Positions 1 to 7,918 are shown, numbered from the stretch's first letter. The stretch is 53,874 bases of DNA from Candidatus Shapirobacteria bacterium CG03_land_8_20_14_0_80_40_19 (GCA_002780305.1 PEVD01000019.1:1-53874), one strand, 5' to 3'. Program-made: numbers and translations. The notes: generated by a model from the sequence alone, not told the origin.

Positions 1-2
1 AG

Positions 3-302
3 GCGAAATGGGAGACCCGGCGCGATCCTCGAACCGGAAAATTGCTGTATAAAACAGGTACCGGCGGCAAAAGGGCGGCAACACTTGGTCCTGAGCCCTC
101 TGAATATGACAAAAGGACTCAAGAGCAGGCGAGAAAATATGAACAAGAGAAAACAGCCGCTGCGGATAGAGAAGTTAAGGAAGGTAAATATCCACCAAGA
201 AGACCAGTAATGGAACGTGAGGGAATCGACTCGCCGGCCGGGTCCCAATCGCCAATGTCTTCCCCGATAAGTGAAAGGAGTGAGCGGGGAAAAGCGGCTT
301 AA
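3..302 (+). CDS. hypothetical protein, 5'-truncated by window edge
   Basis: Frame is open from nt 3 to the stop at 300-302. The track start at 42 is a TTG. Charged, Pro/Ser-rich product with no motif I recognise; GC-rich relative to most of the window. Confidence 0.3.
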   Translation, partial: AKWETRRDPRTGKLLYKTGTGGKRAATLGPEPSEYDKRTQEQARKYEQEKTAAADREVKEGKYPPRRPVMEREGIDSPAGSQSPMSSPISERSERGKAA

Positions 303-487
303 TGTTGAGAGTTGAAAGTGGTCAAAGTTTGGGTGGCCGGTGTTGGGTTAGTCCGGGGGGAAGGCCGGTTGCTTGGATAGACAAAAGAATGGAAGGTGGA
401 GAGTGGGGGTTGGAATGTTCCGTAGGGCGGTTGTCCGGAAGAACTCTGAGAAGTGTTTTTTATTGTGGAGAATTTCCGGTGGCGGAG

Positions 488-733
488 ATGACGGATGTTG
501 TTGATGATAACGGTATTTTGGTTCATCAACTTAGGCCGGTTGGTGAAGTTGCTTCAGTTGAAATCCCTCAAGAAGTTATGAATGAATTATCCGGGTGGAC
601 CAAGTTAGAAGATAGTGATTTGCTTGGTGATCAGATTAGACAGACTTGTGAACAGTTGGGGGTTGACGGAAGTTGCCGTCGGGCAGTTGGGCTTCTGGTT
701 TATTTACTTCGGGAGGGGTGGATAAAGGTTTAA
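488..733 (+). CDS. hypothetical small protein (ATG at 488 preferred over the track start at 302)
   Basis: The track ORF 302..733 has an implausible G/W-rich N-terminal 62 aa. From MTDVVDDNG onward the sequence looks protein-like. No recognisable family. Confidence 0.3.
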   Translation: MTDVVDDNGILVHQLRPVGEVASVEIPQEVMNELSGWTKLEDSDLLGDQIRQTCEQLGVDGSCRRAVGLLVYLLREGWIKV

Positions 734-828
734 GAAAAGAAAAAGGACCCTCTCGACATGCGCTTACAGCAATTTGTGTTTGTTAGACACGAATTGTGCA
801 GTCTGCACGCGAGGGGGTCCTGGGGGGT

Positions 829-1215
829 TTACTCGGCAGCTCTTTTTTCAAGCTCGTTGAAAAGCTCGAAAAGCCACGGCAGAGTAAGGCCAACAACGAT
901 GGCAAACCCTTCGCTGGCGATCAGGTTGATTCCAACCTTGGTGGTGTAGTAATCCAGCCCGTATACAGGAAGCAGTGTCAAGACGATGAGGTTGAAACCT
1001 TGTCCTCTGATCCATGGGAGAAGAAAGTGTTCAATTAGGCCTTGCTCGCCTATGTTGAACAAGTATGCGACCACTATCCCCAACAAGATCATCAAGCCCA
1101 AGGCCCAGTCGTCGGATTCGGAATTGTACCCGATTCGTATGAAAAAGAGCGAGGTTGTCAGTACGGATAACCCGAAAGTTATCCACTTGCAATACCGGAA
1201 ATGTTTAGCTGGCAT
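829..1215 (-). CDS. small multi-pass membrane protein, unknown function
   Basis: 128-aa ORF with ATG start and 3-4 hydrophobic helices (FGLSVLTTSLFFI, ALGLMILLGIVVAYLF, LIVLTLLPVYGL, FAIVVGLTLPWLF). Convergent with 488..733. Confidence 0.5.
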   Translation of the reverse strand: MPAKHFRYCKWITFGLSVLTTSLFFIRIGYNSESDDWALGLMILLGIVVAYLFNIGEQGLIEHFLLPWIRGQGFNLIVLTLLPVYGLDYYTTKVGINLIASEGFAIVVGLTLPWLFELFNELEKRAAE

Positions 1216-1388
1216 TGCCTTTTTTCTCCCTTGTTTTTTACTAAAATGTGCGAATTTCGCGCTGTTGCGAAAAGCTGAGTGGATAGTAACCTATAAGTAT
1301 AAAAATGTCAAATTATTATGATATTTATGCACAAAAATAGTTATTAAATGTTTATTGGTAATAAGAAACAGTGATTTTAATAAAATAA

Positions 1389-1414
1389 AATTCATTACGC
1401 TACCGTAATGAATT
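1389..1414 (-). terminator. rho-independent-type hairpin downstream of the ATPase gene
   Basis: Perfect stem AATTCATTACG / CGTAATGAATT with a 4-nt loop, followed on the minus strand by a T-rich run. Lies about 130 nt after the stop at 1544. Confidence 0.45.
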
Positions 1415-1543
1415 ATTTAGCCTTGAAAATAAAAAAAATAAGGCTGATTTTAAAACAAGATTTTTAATAATTTCAATTTATTATTTTAGTTTTTTTGATC
1501 ATTTTAAAATGATCTGGAAGTTTTTTTGAGGATAACAGAAAAC

Positions 1544-3685
1544 TTATTTATTGTGTTTTTCTAAGGAAACTTTCAAAACCTTTTGGCGGTTTTGGTTTTT
1601 ACAGCGGGGAAGCGGCATGGTAGTTGCCAAAAATGGAGTTGAAGTCAAGTTTTCTATGCAAAGCTTCATCGCAATCTGATACATCCCTAAAGCCACCATG
1701 TCTTCTTCTTTGTAGATCTGGCCGAACTCGGAAGCCATAATTTTTGCATCCATCGAGCCGATAACGAAAGAGATTAAAGTGCCCGCATTACCGAAAATCG
1801 CTTTTTGCAGATCCTCTTCAAGTTGGCCGATATATTGGTTGGTTAAATTTAGACACAAACGGTATTTTCTTGCTTCCGAAAGAATTTTTATAAAAGCGCT
1901 GGTAGCAAAGTTTTGAAACTCATCAACATAAAGATAAAAATCTTTCCTTTGTTCTTCATTAACGTTAATCCGGTTCATCGCGGCCAGTTGAAGCTGGGTA
2001 ATAATCATCGCGCCCAGTAGGGCGGCGTTATCTTCGCCGATTTTTCCTTGTGATAAGTTAACTAAAAGGACTTTACCTGAATCCATAATATCTTCCAGAT
2101 CAACGGATGATTTATGTTGGCCGATTATGCCCCGGATGGTCGGTGAAGAAACAAACTGGCCGACTTTGTTTAAAATCGGCGAAATGGCTTCATTGCGCAG
2201 ATTTTCCGACATTTTTTCAAATTCGTTGCGCCAAAAACTGACTAAAGTTGGATCTTGCAGGCTGTCAACAATTTTTTTTCTAAAATTGCTATTGGTCAGC
2301 AAATCAGGGACCTGAACTAAAGTGGGAGTTGGTGTTTCAAGCAGAGTTAAAATCGTATTTCTCAAAATATGTTCCAAGCGGGGACCCCAGGAATAATAAT
2401 AGAGTTTGTAAAAAATAGCCACAATATTTGAAGCAATCAGTTCTTTGTGGGCCGGGTTTTTTACTTCTAACGGGTTAAGAGTGAAAGGGTGGTTGGTATC
2501 AGACGGATCAAGATAGCAGACCTCGTTTATGCGATATGAAGGAATATAATCAAGCAATATTTCCGTTAAATCGCCGTGCGGATCAATAACCGCCAAGCCT
2601 TCACGGTTGCGCAGATCATTAATCGCCATATTGGCAATAAGAGTTGATTTACCGGTGCCGGTTTTCCCGATAATATAAATGTGTCTTCGGCGGTCGTTTT
2701 TCTTAATGCCGAAAGTGGCAATTTTGTTTTTATATTCTGTTCGGGCAATAAAGTTAATTTCCTGTTTGTCAGCGTCATCAAGTCCTTCGGCTGTCGGCAG
2801 GTTTTGGGGCGGTTCGGAAGCGATAATCCGGCCCCAGGTAATATTTTTTATTCCGGCAAGCAGGGCAGAAGGCGGGTGCCATAAAGAAGCCAATTCGTCC
2901 ACATTTAATATTTGGTATTTTGGAACATGTTTGAAGGTCCGGTTTTTAATTGACTGAATAAACTTTTTTTCAAAAAAACGGCCGGGCTTTTTTAGTTTTA
3001 AACTGTTTACTTCGCTTTGAAAGGCGGAAAAAGAGGAGGCAAGGCTGGAAAGAAGCGGTTCGGAATTGGAAATTAGTCTAATGGCAGTCCAAAAACCGGC
3101 GCCTGAAAGTTTTTCGGTTATGTATTTTGCCTGAGGATGAGGAGAGGTTTTTCCTTCTTCAGCCGGGATGCCTTTGTCAATTATTTTTTGGGCGGAACTT
3201 TGCCATCCGCCGGCATTGGCAATAAGCAGTTGCATAATCATAATGTCACTTGGTCTGGTCTTGGACATTATCCCTAAGATTGAAGACATTAAATCAGCTT
3301 CTTTAATCTCGCGGAAAGTTTTTAAAGGTAAAAAATAATTTTTGGCAAGCTCAATTTGGCCAAGATAAAGACTGTTTTGTGTTTGCATCCAGCTAGAAAG
3401 ATAATCTTTAGGCAAAAAACTAAGAAGCGACTCCGGATATTGGGCGGAAATCTGGCTTTCAACAAAAGAAGTTTTGTCTTTTGGACAGACAATTAAAAAA
3501 TGAATCTGCTGTTGTAAACAGGCAATTTCAAAGCTGATAGACTCCGGTGGACGGCGGGAGAAAAGCGGATTTTTGGCCAGATTGGAAAAAGCGGTAAAAA
3601 GCTGAGCCGCGGCTTCGGGCGTTTTTTCGCAGGAGCGGGGAACCCGAATTTCAATTAAAGAGAATGGGAGGGTTTTGTCAATCAT
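1544..3685 (-). CDS. VirD4/TraD/TraG-like type IV coupling-protein-family ATPase with a long novel N-terminal region
   Basis: Walker A IIGKTGTGKST and Walker B LYVDEFQNF. The C-terminal part resembles the TraD/TraG coupling-protein fold. The first ~330 aa have no transmembrane helix and no motif I recognise. Confidence 0.7.
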   Translation of the reverse strand: MIDKTLPFSLIEIRVPRSCEKTPEAAAQLFTAFSNLAKNPLFSRRPPESISFEIACLQQQIHFLIVCPKDKTSFVESQISAQYPESLLSFLPKDYLSSWMQTQNSLYLGQIELAKNYFLPLKTFREIKEADLMSSILGIMSKTRPSDIMIMQLLIANAGGWQSSAQKIIDKGIPAEEGKTSPHPQAKYITEKLSGAGFWTAIRLISNSEPLLSSLASSFSAFQSEVNSLKLKKPGRFFEKKFIQSIKNRTFKHVPKYQILNVDELASLWHPPSALLAGIKNITWGRIIASEPPQNLPTAEGLDDADKQEINFIARTEYKNKIATFGIKKNDRRRHIYIIGKTGTGKSTLIANMAINDLRNREGLAVIDPHGDLTEILLDYIPSYRINEVCYLDPSDTNHPFTLNPLEVKNPAHKELIASNIVAIFYKLYYYSWGPRLEHILRNTILTLLETPTPTLVQVPDLLTNSNFRKKIVDSLQDPTLVSFWRNEFEKMSENLRNEAISPILNKVGQFVSSPTIRGIIGQHKSSVDLEDIMDSGKVLLVNLSQGKIGEDNAALLGAMIITQLQLAAMNRINVNEEQRKDFYLYVDEFQNFATSAFIKILSEARKYRLCLNLTNQYIGQLEEDLQKAIFGNAGTLISFVIGSMDAKIMASEFGQIYKEEDMVALGMYQIAMKLCIENLTSTPFLATTMPLPRCKNQNRQKVLKVSLEKHNK

Positions 3686-3825
3686 ATTGATTTAATAATA
3701 GCAAAATTAACCTAATTATTCTAATTAACCTAATTGACCTAAATAATGACTAATGACAAAATCCCCAAAAATTTAAAACTGGGATTTGGGATTTATTTAG
3801 AATAATTAGAAATTGGGTCAATTTC

Positions 3826-4539
3826 TCAAACAGGCTTGGCAATTACGATAAGCCTTTTAAGAGAAGTGCCTGGCGGCCAGCAGGTTTGCAGGATTAATTT
3901 TTCTCCATTTACATCGGGGGTTAGCCAGCCGGTGTTATCAGCTTCGACTGTTTCCTTACCGGAGACCTGATACTCGAATTTTTGGCCGGCATAAAAAACG
4001 ATAACTTTATCGCCGGCCTCCAACTCTTTAAGTAAATAAAAGATCGCGTTGTAGGTTGCAACATTGGACTGCACGTTGGTTGAATGGCTAAAAAGAAAGA
4101 TATTGCCGCCGCCTCCCGGGAAATCGGTTCCATAGGCGTGAGCGATACCTTGTTTTAAGGCGGCGGTATATTCTTCCTTATTGCCCGGATCAACATTAGG
4201 GATAATTTGGGCCTTGGCGTTGATTTTGGGGATAACCAAAGAAAAGTCAGTTGTTACTCCATAACCTTCGGCTTCCTGGGCGATCAGTTTTTGTCTGGTA
4301 ATTTCCTCTTCACGGTTGATTTGGCCGAAAGTGGCTTTAGCATTTATTTCCTGCTGTTTTGGTCCAAAACGAAAGATTGCTTCCTTAACCAGGGAGGGAG
4401 AAGCGGCATAAAGTCCGACCGCAAAAGCGATTATAAGTAGATTATAACCAATATTTTTTGACAGCTTGCCCAAGAGGGGTCGAAGGTCGGTTTTAGCAAC
4501 AGTCTGAGGCCGGTGGCAATCATAAATAACAAATTCCAT
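3826..4539 (-). CDS. sortase family transpeptidase
   Basis: N-terminal membrane anchor, conserved His region (IFLFSHST), catalytic TLxTC-type motif LILQTCWP, and downstream Arg (KRLIVIAKP). Confidence 0.85.
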   Translation of the reverse strand: MEFVIYDCHRPQTVAKTDLRPLLGKLSKNIGYNLLIIAFAVGLYAASPSLVKEAIFRFGPKQQEINAKATFGQINREEEITRQKLIAQEAEGYGVTTDFSLVIPKINAKAQIIPNVDPGNKEEYTAALKQGIAHAYGTDFPGGGGNIFLFSHSTNVQSNVATYNAIFYLLKELEAGDKVIVFYAGQKFEYQVSGKETVEADNTGWLTPDVNGEKLILQTCWPPGTSLKRLIVIAKPV

Positions 4540-4545
4540 GGTTGT

Positions 4546-4554
4546 ATTATATCA
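4546..4554 (-). promoter_or_regulatory. extended -10 (TGaTATAAT) 6 nt upstream of the sortase ATG; leaderless-type promoter
   Basis: Minus strand reads TGATATAAT-ACAACC-ATG. No Shine-Dalgarno is possible in 6 nt. Confidence 0.45.
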
Positions 4555-4578
4555 TATCCTATAATGCATAAGAAGCCC

Positions 4579-4607
4579 TTGACAATAATTGACTTATAGT
4601 TTATAAT
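4579..4607 (+). promoter_or_regulatory. consensus sigma70-type promoter upstream of the LPXTG protein gene
   Basis: TTGACA, a 17-nt spacer, then TATAAT: exact consensus hexamers about 35 nt upstream of ATG 4643. A second TATAAT at 4632-4637 lies 5 nt from the ATG. Confidence 0.5.
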
Positions 4608-4642
4608 CCCAACGAGTTATTGATAATCCTATATAATTCAAA

Positions 4643-5281
4643 ATGAATAAAACAAAAGTTTTTTTAGCCACCCTTTTGGCCGCAGGAGCCATTTTGTTAT
4701 CTTCTGATTCTGTTTTCGCGGCTGTCCGTTGTGAGACCCAATACGGTGGGAATGAGGTTTGTGTGACTACCGGTGAGCTTCAAATTGATAAAGAAATTTT
4801 AGATCCCCGCTATGCCGGTGCATACAAAGACAACCTTTATCTAACCGATTATCTGTTTAAAACCGGTGATTATGTCACTTTTAAACTGACGGTTAAAAAT
4901 GTTGGCGACGACACTTTAAATAACGTTAGAATAACCGACAACTTGCCTTCTTTCTTGTTTTTTACCGGTGAAACTCCTCATGAATTTACAATTGACCATT
5001 TGAATCCGGACGAAAGTGAGAGTTTTGAAGTTAAGGCTCGGGTTGTGGCGGAAAGCCAGCTTGAAGCGGATCGAATCTGCGGGGTTAATACGGCCGAAGT
5101 TTGGGCGGACGGCGACCAACACGATAAGGATACCTCCCAGGTTTGTGCCACCAAAAAGGTTTTGGGAGTATCGGTTCTTCCGGAAACAGGCGACAACACT
5201 CCGCTTATTATCTTCGGAGCTTCTCTGGCGATTGCCATGCTCGGACTTGGTCTAATCAAAGTCGGCCGGAAAATAGCGTAA
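4643..5281 (+). CDS. LPXTG-anchored surface protein with DUF11-like repeat domain (sortase substrate)
   Basis: Signal peptide (LLSSDSVFA/AV). C-terminal LPETG followed by a hydrophobic helix and a basic tail (GRKIA). Mid-region VTFKLTVKNVGDDTLNNVRITDNLP is typical of DUF11-type repeats. Confidence 0.85.
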   Translation: MNKTKVFLATLLAAGAILLSSDSVFAAVRCETQYGGNEVCVTTGELQIDKEILDPRYAGAYKDNLYLTDYLFKTGDYVTFKLTVKNVGDDTLNNVRITDNLPSFLFFTGETPHEFTIDHLNPDESESFEVKARVVAESQLEADRICGVNTAEVWADGDQHDKDTSQVCATKKVLGVSVLPETGDNTPLIIFGASLAIAMLGLGLIKVGRKIA

Positions 5282-5327
5282 GTTATACGAAGCGCTTATA
5301 CGGTTCTGCTCTTTGAAATAAACGAAG

Positions 5328-5564
5328 CTATTTTTTCCTTTTTTTATAGGAGAGAAATTCTTCGGGTGTCATTCCTGTTTGCCTGATAATGGCACGGAAT
5401 GTTCCTTGGGGAATGGTACCTGGATGAAAAGAAACGGTGGTATATTTTCTTTTTGTCGGATGTCGATAAGTACGATGCGCACTCTTAGTCGTCTCTTCGA
5501 CAAAACCGGCATTAAGAAGTATCTCCGCGATTTCTCTCGGTTTTAAATTGGGCAATTTGGCCAT
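5328..5564 (-). CDS. hicA: HicA-family type II toxin (mRNA interferase)
   Basis: 78 aa; LKPREIAEILLNAGF...HRTYRHP...TVSFHPG..IPQGTFRAIIRQTG matches the HicA/YcfA pattern. Lies immediately downstream of a HicB-like gene. Confidence 0.8.
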   Translation of the reverse strand: MAKLPNLKPREIAEILLNAGFVEETTKSAHRTYRHPTKRKYTTVSFHPGTIPQGTFRAIIRQTGMTPEEFLSYKKRKK

Positions 5565-5570
5565 AAAAAA

Positions 5571-5843
5571 TCAAATAAAATCAGGTGTATGTTTCGAAGT
5601 GAGGGAAACCGAAGTATAGGCGATCATAAAATCAGAAACTTCTTCAACCGGAATTGGTTCTTTATTTTTATTTAAGCTTTCGAGATGACACTCGATTGCT
5701 TCTTTAACATTTGAAATGGCTAATTCAGCTGTTTTACCCCAATCAGCTACCCCGAGTGTTGGGGAATAGGCGTTATAAACGGTTTTTCCGTTTAATTTTT
5801 CTGGGGTGATTATAATGTGGTAATTTAAAACTTTTGTTTCCAT
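5571..5843 (-). CDS. hicB: HicB-family antitoxin
   Basis: METKVLNYHIIITPE...YNAYSPTLGVADWGKT.EEAISNVKEAIECHLESL fits the HicB N-terminal fold. The second ATG (5843) is preferred because the first ATG lies inside a TGcTATAAT box. Confidence 0.75.
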   Translation of the reverse strand: METKVLNYHIIITPEKLNGKTVYNAYSPTLGVADWGKTAELAISNVKEAIECHLESLNKNKEPIPVEEVSDFMIAYTSVSLTSKHTPDFI

Positions 5844-5849
5844 GAGAAA

Positions 5850-5858
5850 ATTATAGCA
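5850..5858 (-). promoter_or_regulatory. extended -10 (TGcTATAAT) 6 nt upstream of the hicB ATG
   Basis: Minus strand reads TGCTATAAT-TTTCTC-ATG. Confidence 0.45.
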
Positions 5859-6408
5859 CATTTGAATTTAGAGAAAAGTTCTAGGGCTTAGAATTTTTTC
5901 CTGAATTCAAGCGGAGCGAAAGCGACGCGCGGTTTAGGGATTGCTTCGAGGTTTCTGCTTCTCCAAATGCGGAGCAGCAGGGGAATCAAGCGATCGTACT
6001 TTAAAAAGGCATCACTAAGATAAATATACGGTCTACAGACTACTGACTACTGACTACAGCTTTCCTTGAAAAATCAAGCAAGCCAGACCATGGGAATAAC
6101 AAATTCTAAATTCTAAGCACCAAATCCCTGCCCGAAATGTTTCGCATATCGAAGCAGGCGGGCGAAATAAATCCAAATATTCAAAATTCAAATAAAAAAA
6201 GGAGTTAGATAATTTGCTGTTTTTATTTTGAAAATTGTTTAGGGTTTAGAATTTAGAGTTTAGAGTTTTGTTTCCGTAGTCTGGTTTGTTTGAGAAAGAA
6301 AATTCAAGGAGGCTGACCTCCTTTTTAAGATAAAGTGTCGATTCGCCAACGACCCAAGGCAAATTCGCCAAGGGCGTCTAGTTTTTTCTGTGCCTAAGGA
6401 GGCAAAAG

Positions 6409-7308
6409 ATGCGTAGGATATTGCTCGTCGGGGGCTTTTTGCTGTTGGGACTTGTGTTCGTGTGCGTCGTTGTTGCCGGTGGGCCATACACCCGCTGGGT
6501 GCAGCCCGGGGCGGTGGTTTACACCGATCCCGACTCGGCCGCGGACGTGTCTGTCACTGTCACTAAGACCGTCGCGGTTTCGGTGACTCTCACGACCGGT
6601 TGGGCGGAGATTACGTCTCCACCGGAGTTGGCCGGCTTTGTGCAGACGAGCCAGTTGCTCAAGGAAGAGCCATCAGCCCTGAAGGTCCAGCGAGATGCGG
6701 ATGCACAGAAGGCAAAGGATGCGGCATTGACTGCGAGGAAGGTGGGCGATTTGTCTTGGGGAGAGCTCGTTGCTTTTCTCAAGCAATTGCTTGGCCAGCC
6801 CGTTACCGCCGCTTCCGCGCCCGCTACCGCCCTTGCGACCAAGACCTATGTGGTCAAGGCAGGGGATTCACTCTCCTTGATAGCGGCTCGCTACGGTGTC
6901 AACTGGGTGGACTTGGCCAAGGCCAACAACATCTCTTCCCCTTGGAGGATTGAGGTTGGCCAGAGCATGACCATCCCTGTTGCGCCCGTGACTGCGACCG
7001 TCTCGACCAGTGGGTGGCCCCGAACGGCAGCCGAGTTTCTCGCGCTGACCACCGCTGGTCAGCCCGCCGCGCCTGATGACAGGTCGTGGATCCCGATCCA
7101 AATCGGAGAAATCCACCGGCCGGTCGGTGAGAGCAATGCTTGGGCCGTCACCCGTGAGAAGAACAAGGAGGGATTGATCATTCCCTTCTGGGTTCGGAAC
7201 TACTCCGGGCGCGCTCAGGACGGGTATTGCATGGTCGGAGGCAAGTACGCCACTGGCACTCCGGCGAACTTCGCTGGGCTGTCGCAGGGCGTGACCTTTC
7301 GGCCGTAG
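6409..7308 (+). CDS. membrane-anchored LysM-domain protein, compositionally foreign (GC-rich)
   Basis: N-terminal TM anchor and LysM motif YVVKAGDSLSLIAARYGVNWVDLAKANNISSPWRIEVGQSMTIP. Strong SD AAGGAGG at 6396-6402, 6 nt before the ATG. Visibly much higher GC than its neighbours. Confidence 0.8.
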   Translation: MRRILLVGGFLLLGLVFVCVVVAGGPYTRWVQPGAVVYTDPDSAADVSVTVTKTVAVSVTLTTGWAEITSPPELAGFVQTSQLLKEEPSALKVQRDADAQKAKDAALTARKVGDLSWGELVAFLKQLLGQPVTAASAPATALATKTYVVKAGDSLSLIAARYGVNWVDLAKANNISSPWRIEVGQSMTIPVAPVTATVSTSGWPRTAAEFLALTTAGQPAAPDDRSWIPIQIGEIHRPVGESNAWAVTREKNKEGLIIPFWVRNYSGRAQDGYCMVGGKYATGTPANFAGLSQGVTFRP

Positions 7309-7505
7309 GCCAAACTCCGGTTAGGGGAGATACTGGCAGAACTGCCTAACATAGGCCAAGACCTATCCGCCCCAAGAGTTTCTTGGCGGCCAGTTCTGCT
7401 TTGCAGTTTTTTTTCTTTAGTGATGCCGTGACCGTAGTCATACAATTATCATTGCTCCATTGGGGAGATTGGTGAAAGTATGGCTACGGTTCGGTTCTTA
7501 GAGTT

Positions 7506-7534
7506 CAGAATGATTCTGGACAAGCCAGAATGAC
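7506..7534. repeat. intergenic half-copy of the GTCATTCTGG...CCAGAATGAC repeat family
   Basis: CAGAATGATTCTGGACAAGCCAGAATGAC matches the 3' half of the three intragenic copies at 10626-12120 (ATTCTGG/CCAGAAT hairpin and terminal CCAGAATGAC). Confidence 0.5.
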
Positions 7535-7570
7535 ATGACATTGTGAATTGTAAAAACCGAATTTAATTTA

Positions 7571-7690
7571 TCTGTCATCCCGAGTGAAGGGAAGTCTGAC
7601 TTCCCCGAAGTCGAGGGATCTCTTTTCTGAAACGAGTGAAAGGGATTCCTCCATTACACTCATTTCGTTCATTTCAGTCGGAATGACAGA
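7571..7690. repeat. MITE-like 120-nt element with 12-nt terminal inverted repeats
   Basis: TCTGTCATCCCG ... CGGAATGACAGA (11/12 complementary), with internal complementary segments (GGGAAGTC..GACTTCCCC; GAAACGAGTGA..TCATTTCGTTC). Non-coding. Confidence 0.5.
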
Positions 7691-7699
7691 AAGAAGTAT

Positions 7700-7918
7700 A
7701 TGAAACAAAATATTGGAACAATAATAATAGGATTAGCTTTAATAGCGGGAGTGGTTTTCGGCTACATGCAATCGGAAAAATGGCTTAAAAACGAAGCAAT
7801 TCAAGGTTGTTTAAGTGTCGGAGTTGACAAATTTGTTAATGCCGATGGTAAGGGTGGGGCGGATGTGCCAAATCCCAACAGTTATGACTTTTGCATGAAA
7901 GAGAAAGGCTACAAATGA
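7700..7918 (+). CDS. small membrane-anchored protein
   Basis: 72 aa with an N-terminal TM helix (IGTIIIGLALIAGVVFGY). Its stop overlaps the ATG of the next gene (ATGA). Confidence 0.5.
   Translation: MKQNIGTIIIGLALIAGVVFGYMQSEKWLKNEAIQGCLSVGVDKFVNADGKGGADVPNPNSYDFCMKEKGYK

Noticed and set aside
758-1321. Plus-strand ORFs 758..949, 796..1038 and 986..1321 overlapping the minus-strand membrane protein gene.
   Set aside because: Their products are Arg/Ser/Cys-rich and not protein-like. The minus-strand 829..1215 ORF gives clean TM helices and starts with ATG.
2127-2957. Track ORFs 2127..2315, 2566..2781, 2679..2957 and 2681..2884 inside or antisense to the ATPase gene.
   Set aside because: They are fully embedded in a 713-aa ORF with clear Walker motifs, and they are short, low-complexity and motif-free. 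The same reasoning applies to the many other embedded or antisense track ORFs. Examples are 3921..4133, 4207..4440, 4916..5259, 17386..17682, 21271..21669, 25325..25657, 32157..32441, 33430..33900, 36250..36720, 42933..43340 and 52750..53124.
6260-7445. Track ORFs 6260..6487, 6519..6842, 6600..6953, 6868..7116 and 7215..7445 overlapping the LysM gene.
   Set aside because: High GC suppresses stop codons in all frames. Only the 6409..7308 frame has an SD, a signal anchor and a recognisable LysM domain.
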